Virus record (IMG/VR): IMGVR_UViG_3300032030_000013
Length of the DNA: 39,433 bases
Source of the DNA: a virus
Taxonomy: Duplodnaviria; Heunggongvirae; Uroviricota; Caudoviricetes
Reading direction: 5' to 3' (one strand)
The notes under the pieces are model-generated. The model had not been told where the DNA came from and did not search any database. It worked only from the letters and a program-made list of their open reading frames with translations. Positions 37,615 to 39,433 of the stretch are shown here, in pieces. Position 1 is the first letter of the stretch; each line of letters opens with the position of its first letter. Made by a program: the position numbers and the translations under genes.

Positions 37615-37863
37615 TTTAATATTTTTATTAATCATTGAATTTTTTAATTCAATATAATCATCTACATGCATATAAGCACCACAGTCATAATCTTCTTCCC
37701 GAGGATCATCATCATTAATGTCATCAAAATAATAACAATCCTTTGTTGGATCAAAATCTAAACATTTAGGAAATATATTCTGACCACCATTAATACATAC
37801 CTGGCATCTTTCTAAAAGTTTCTTCGATAATTCTTCTCTTTTATATTCCATGTATTGTTTCAA
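37612..37863 (-). CDS. hypothetical Cys-containing protein
   Basis: ORF track. Confidence 0.72.
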   Translation of the reverse strand: MKQYMEYKREELSKKLLERCQVCINGGQNIFPKCLDFDPTKDCYYFDDINDDDPREEDYDCGAYMHVDDYIELKNSMINKNIK

Positions 37864-38155
37864 ATTCTTTAATTATATTTTCATTAAATTCTGTTATAAT
37901 TAAAAACTTATATTTTTTATTTTTCCAATCATTTTCAGAAACATATTGTTTTTTATGTACTAATAAATTACGAGTTTCTAATTTTAAAAAATCTAAATCT
38001 TTATTTAATGGATGTGTATACCATATTTTAATATATTCTTTCGTTAAATTTTTTACATCAATAACTTTACATCGTCTAATTTCAATATAATTATTTTTAT
38101 GATATACTAATACATATATGTAATCATTAAGTTTTATATCATTCCAAATTTTCAT
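37841..38155 (-). CDS. hypothetical protein
   Basis: ORF track. Confidence 0.75.
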   Translation of the reverse strand: MKIWNDIKLNDYIYVLVYHKNNYIEIRRCKVIDVKNLTKEYIKIWYTHPLNKDLDFLKLETRNLLVHKKQYVSENDWKNKKYKFLIITEFNENIIKEFETIHGI

Positions 38156-38286
38156 ATATTTTCACATATAACATAATTACAATATATATCTTGTTTATAT
38201 TTGCATTTATTACAAATATCTCTTTTTGCTTTATATTCACATTTATTTGGACATTTTTCTCCAAACAATACTTCCCAAACTAACAT
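38152..38286 (-). CDS. small Cys-rich protein (44 aa)
   Basis: MLVWEVLFGEKCPNKCEYKAKRDICNKCKYKQDIYCNYVICENI*, TAATG and ATGA overlaps with neighbours. Confidence 0.7.
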   Translation of the reverse strand: MLVWEVLFGEKCPNKCEYKAKRDICNKCKYKQDIYCNYVICENI

Positions 38287-38606
38287 TAACTTAATTTCAA
38301 TATATTAATATAACATTTATCACTATATTTAAATCTAGTCTTTAAAAAACCTGATTTATGATCTAATGTATGTTCATAATTATCCATTTCAAGAGTTGAA
38401 CGGTAATGACATGAACGTCCTATTATATTTATATATATTGGAATATAATCAATATTACCATTTTTAAAATACCTTGGTTCAGCAATTTCAGTTACTGTCC
38501 CTAAAACTAAATATGGGGTTTTTGAATATGTTGAATCTGAAATAACAACATTATCTCCAACATTAATTTCATTACCCATAAAATCTTTAATTATTACTTC
38601 TTCCAT
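38286..38606 (-). CDS. hypothetical protein (D..GN.I.VGD motif)
   Basis: ORF track, shared motif. Confidence 0.8.
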   Translation of the reverse strand: MEEVIIKDFMGNEINVGDNVVISDSTYSKTPYLVLGTVTEIAEPRYFKNGNIDYIPIYINIIGRSCHYRSTLEMDNYEHTLDHKSGFLKTRFKYSDKCYINILKLS

Positions 38607-38728
38607 ATTACTTTCTTATAATGTTATCAATAAACAATCCAAAAATACAACCAACTCATTATTCAAAGAAATAAATAATTTTATCAATAAACTTTTGTAT
38701 CTTGCGGGCAAACTTATAAAACCTCATA

Positions 38729-38950
38729 TTAATATTTATTCCTAAAAGAAAAACTACCAATCCATGAAACAAGAATGCAAACTCCACATGCCTGCCAGAA
38801 AGTAAGAATAGGAGCAGTAGACCAAAATAGTGGAGCAAGCCAATTCCAAAGCAGCATGAAAATCCAACCACTAAATGCACCTAAAATAACACATAGGATA
38901 AGAATAAATAGACATCCTATAACACTTGATGAAGTATCATAATAACTCAT
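38729..38950 (-). CDS. small membrane protein
   Basis: Hydrophobic, LLWNWL.P..LTFWQA.G pattern. Confidence 0.8.
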   Translation of the reverse strand: MSYYDTSSSVIGCLFILILCVILGAFSGWIFMLLWNWLAPLFWSTAPILTFWQACGVCILVSWIGSFSFRNKY

Positions 38951-38965
38951 AATTATTTTTTAAAT

Positions 38966-39412
38966 TTATTTATTAATTAATTCTTTTACTTGAAGTTCTG
39001 TATAAAGTCTCATTAATGCATCTTCATAAGATTCACTTGAATAACAACAATGATAATATCTTGCATAATTAGTAGGCTTATATCCTACACAATATTTATA
39101 TTCAGTTGAATAATTATTAAAATGAAATTCCAGATAACACCATACAGTTTTATCTTTCTTTCTATTATGTTTAAATTTTTTTCTTTTTTCAATATTAATG
39201 TCATATTTTAATTTGAAATATTCAATATAACATTCTTCTGGCTGTGAATAAGTTTTAATATTTTTCCATTTGCCAAATAATCCTTTTTTAGATTGTATCG
39301 TCCATTGATCTGTTCCACCCATATTTAAAAAAGCAAATGGTGTAAAGAACAACCAAGATGAATCAGTATACTTAACTCTATATTTCATATTACCAAATAA
39401 AAATCCCACCAT
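38966..39412 (-). CDS. hypothetical protein (start uncertain)
   Basis: ORF track; start may be the ATG at 39388. Confidence 0.72.
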   Translation of the reverse strand: MVGFLFGNMKYRVKYTDSSWLFFTPFAFLNMGGTDQWTIQSKKGLFGKWKNIKTYSQPEECYIEYFKLKYDINIEKRKKFKHNRKKDKTVWCYLEFHFNNYSTEYKYCVGYKPTNYARYYHCCYSSESYEDALMRLYTELQVKELINK

Positions 39413-39433
39413 AAATAAGCCAAGAAATAATAA

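Noticed and set aside
20757-38880. Antisense or alternative-frame ORFs within real genes (20757, 22363, 23101, 24766, 28681, 30049, 34656, 35172, 36639, 38659)
   Set aside because: They overlap longer, better-supported genes and have unnatural composition

Overview
AT-rich fragment of a very large (jumbo/mega) dsDNA phage. The Prevotella-type lipoproteins and Bacteroidota-type boxA suggest a Bacteroidota host and a Lak-like phage; this is inferred. Standard code 11 fits the window. Bases ~1-17500 are a minus-strand RNA super-array of 52 near-canonical tRNAs covering every amino acid except Arg, with no suppressors. The array also holds about 20 tRNA-like oddities, two GT8 glycosyltransferase genes, three hypothetical genes and dozens of stem-closed spacer RNAs. 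It appears split into several operons, each with a TTGAAW-N16-TATWTT promoter and most with a boxA. Highlights: (1) eight copies of a Y-RNA-like stem module (GUUGWAG...AGAGUUACUUC / ACUUU) grafted onto tRNA scaffolds in four topologies or standing alone; (2) three 'rewired' tRNAs whose D-stem strands are swapped around the anticodon arm; (3) two leader-peptide attenuators, both ending GAR-ATA-stop, heading the two main RNA operons; (4) a series of small H-type pseudoknots abutting tRNA 5' ends. Bases 17950-28179 hold two giant plus-strand hypothetical (probably virion) genes and three small genes. Bases 28332-39412 are a minus-strand block of small genes, including a 5'-3' exonuclease/RNase H, a WYL_2-like protein, a metallophosphoesterase, a YodL-like protein, and a lipoprotein moron flanked by 44-bp direct repeats. 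All structures were folded by eye and coordinates may be off by 1-2 nt.
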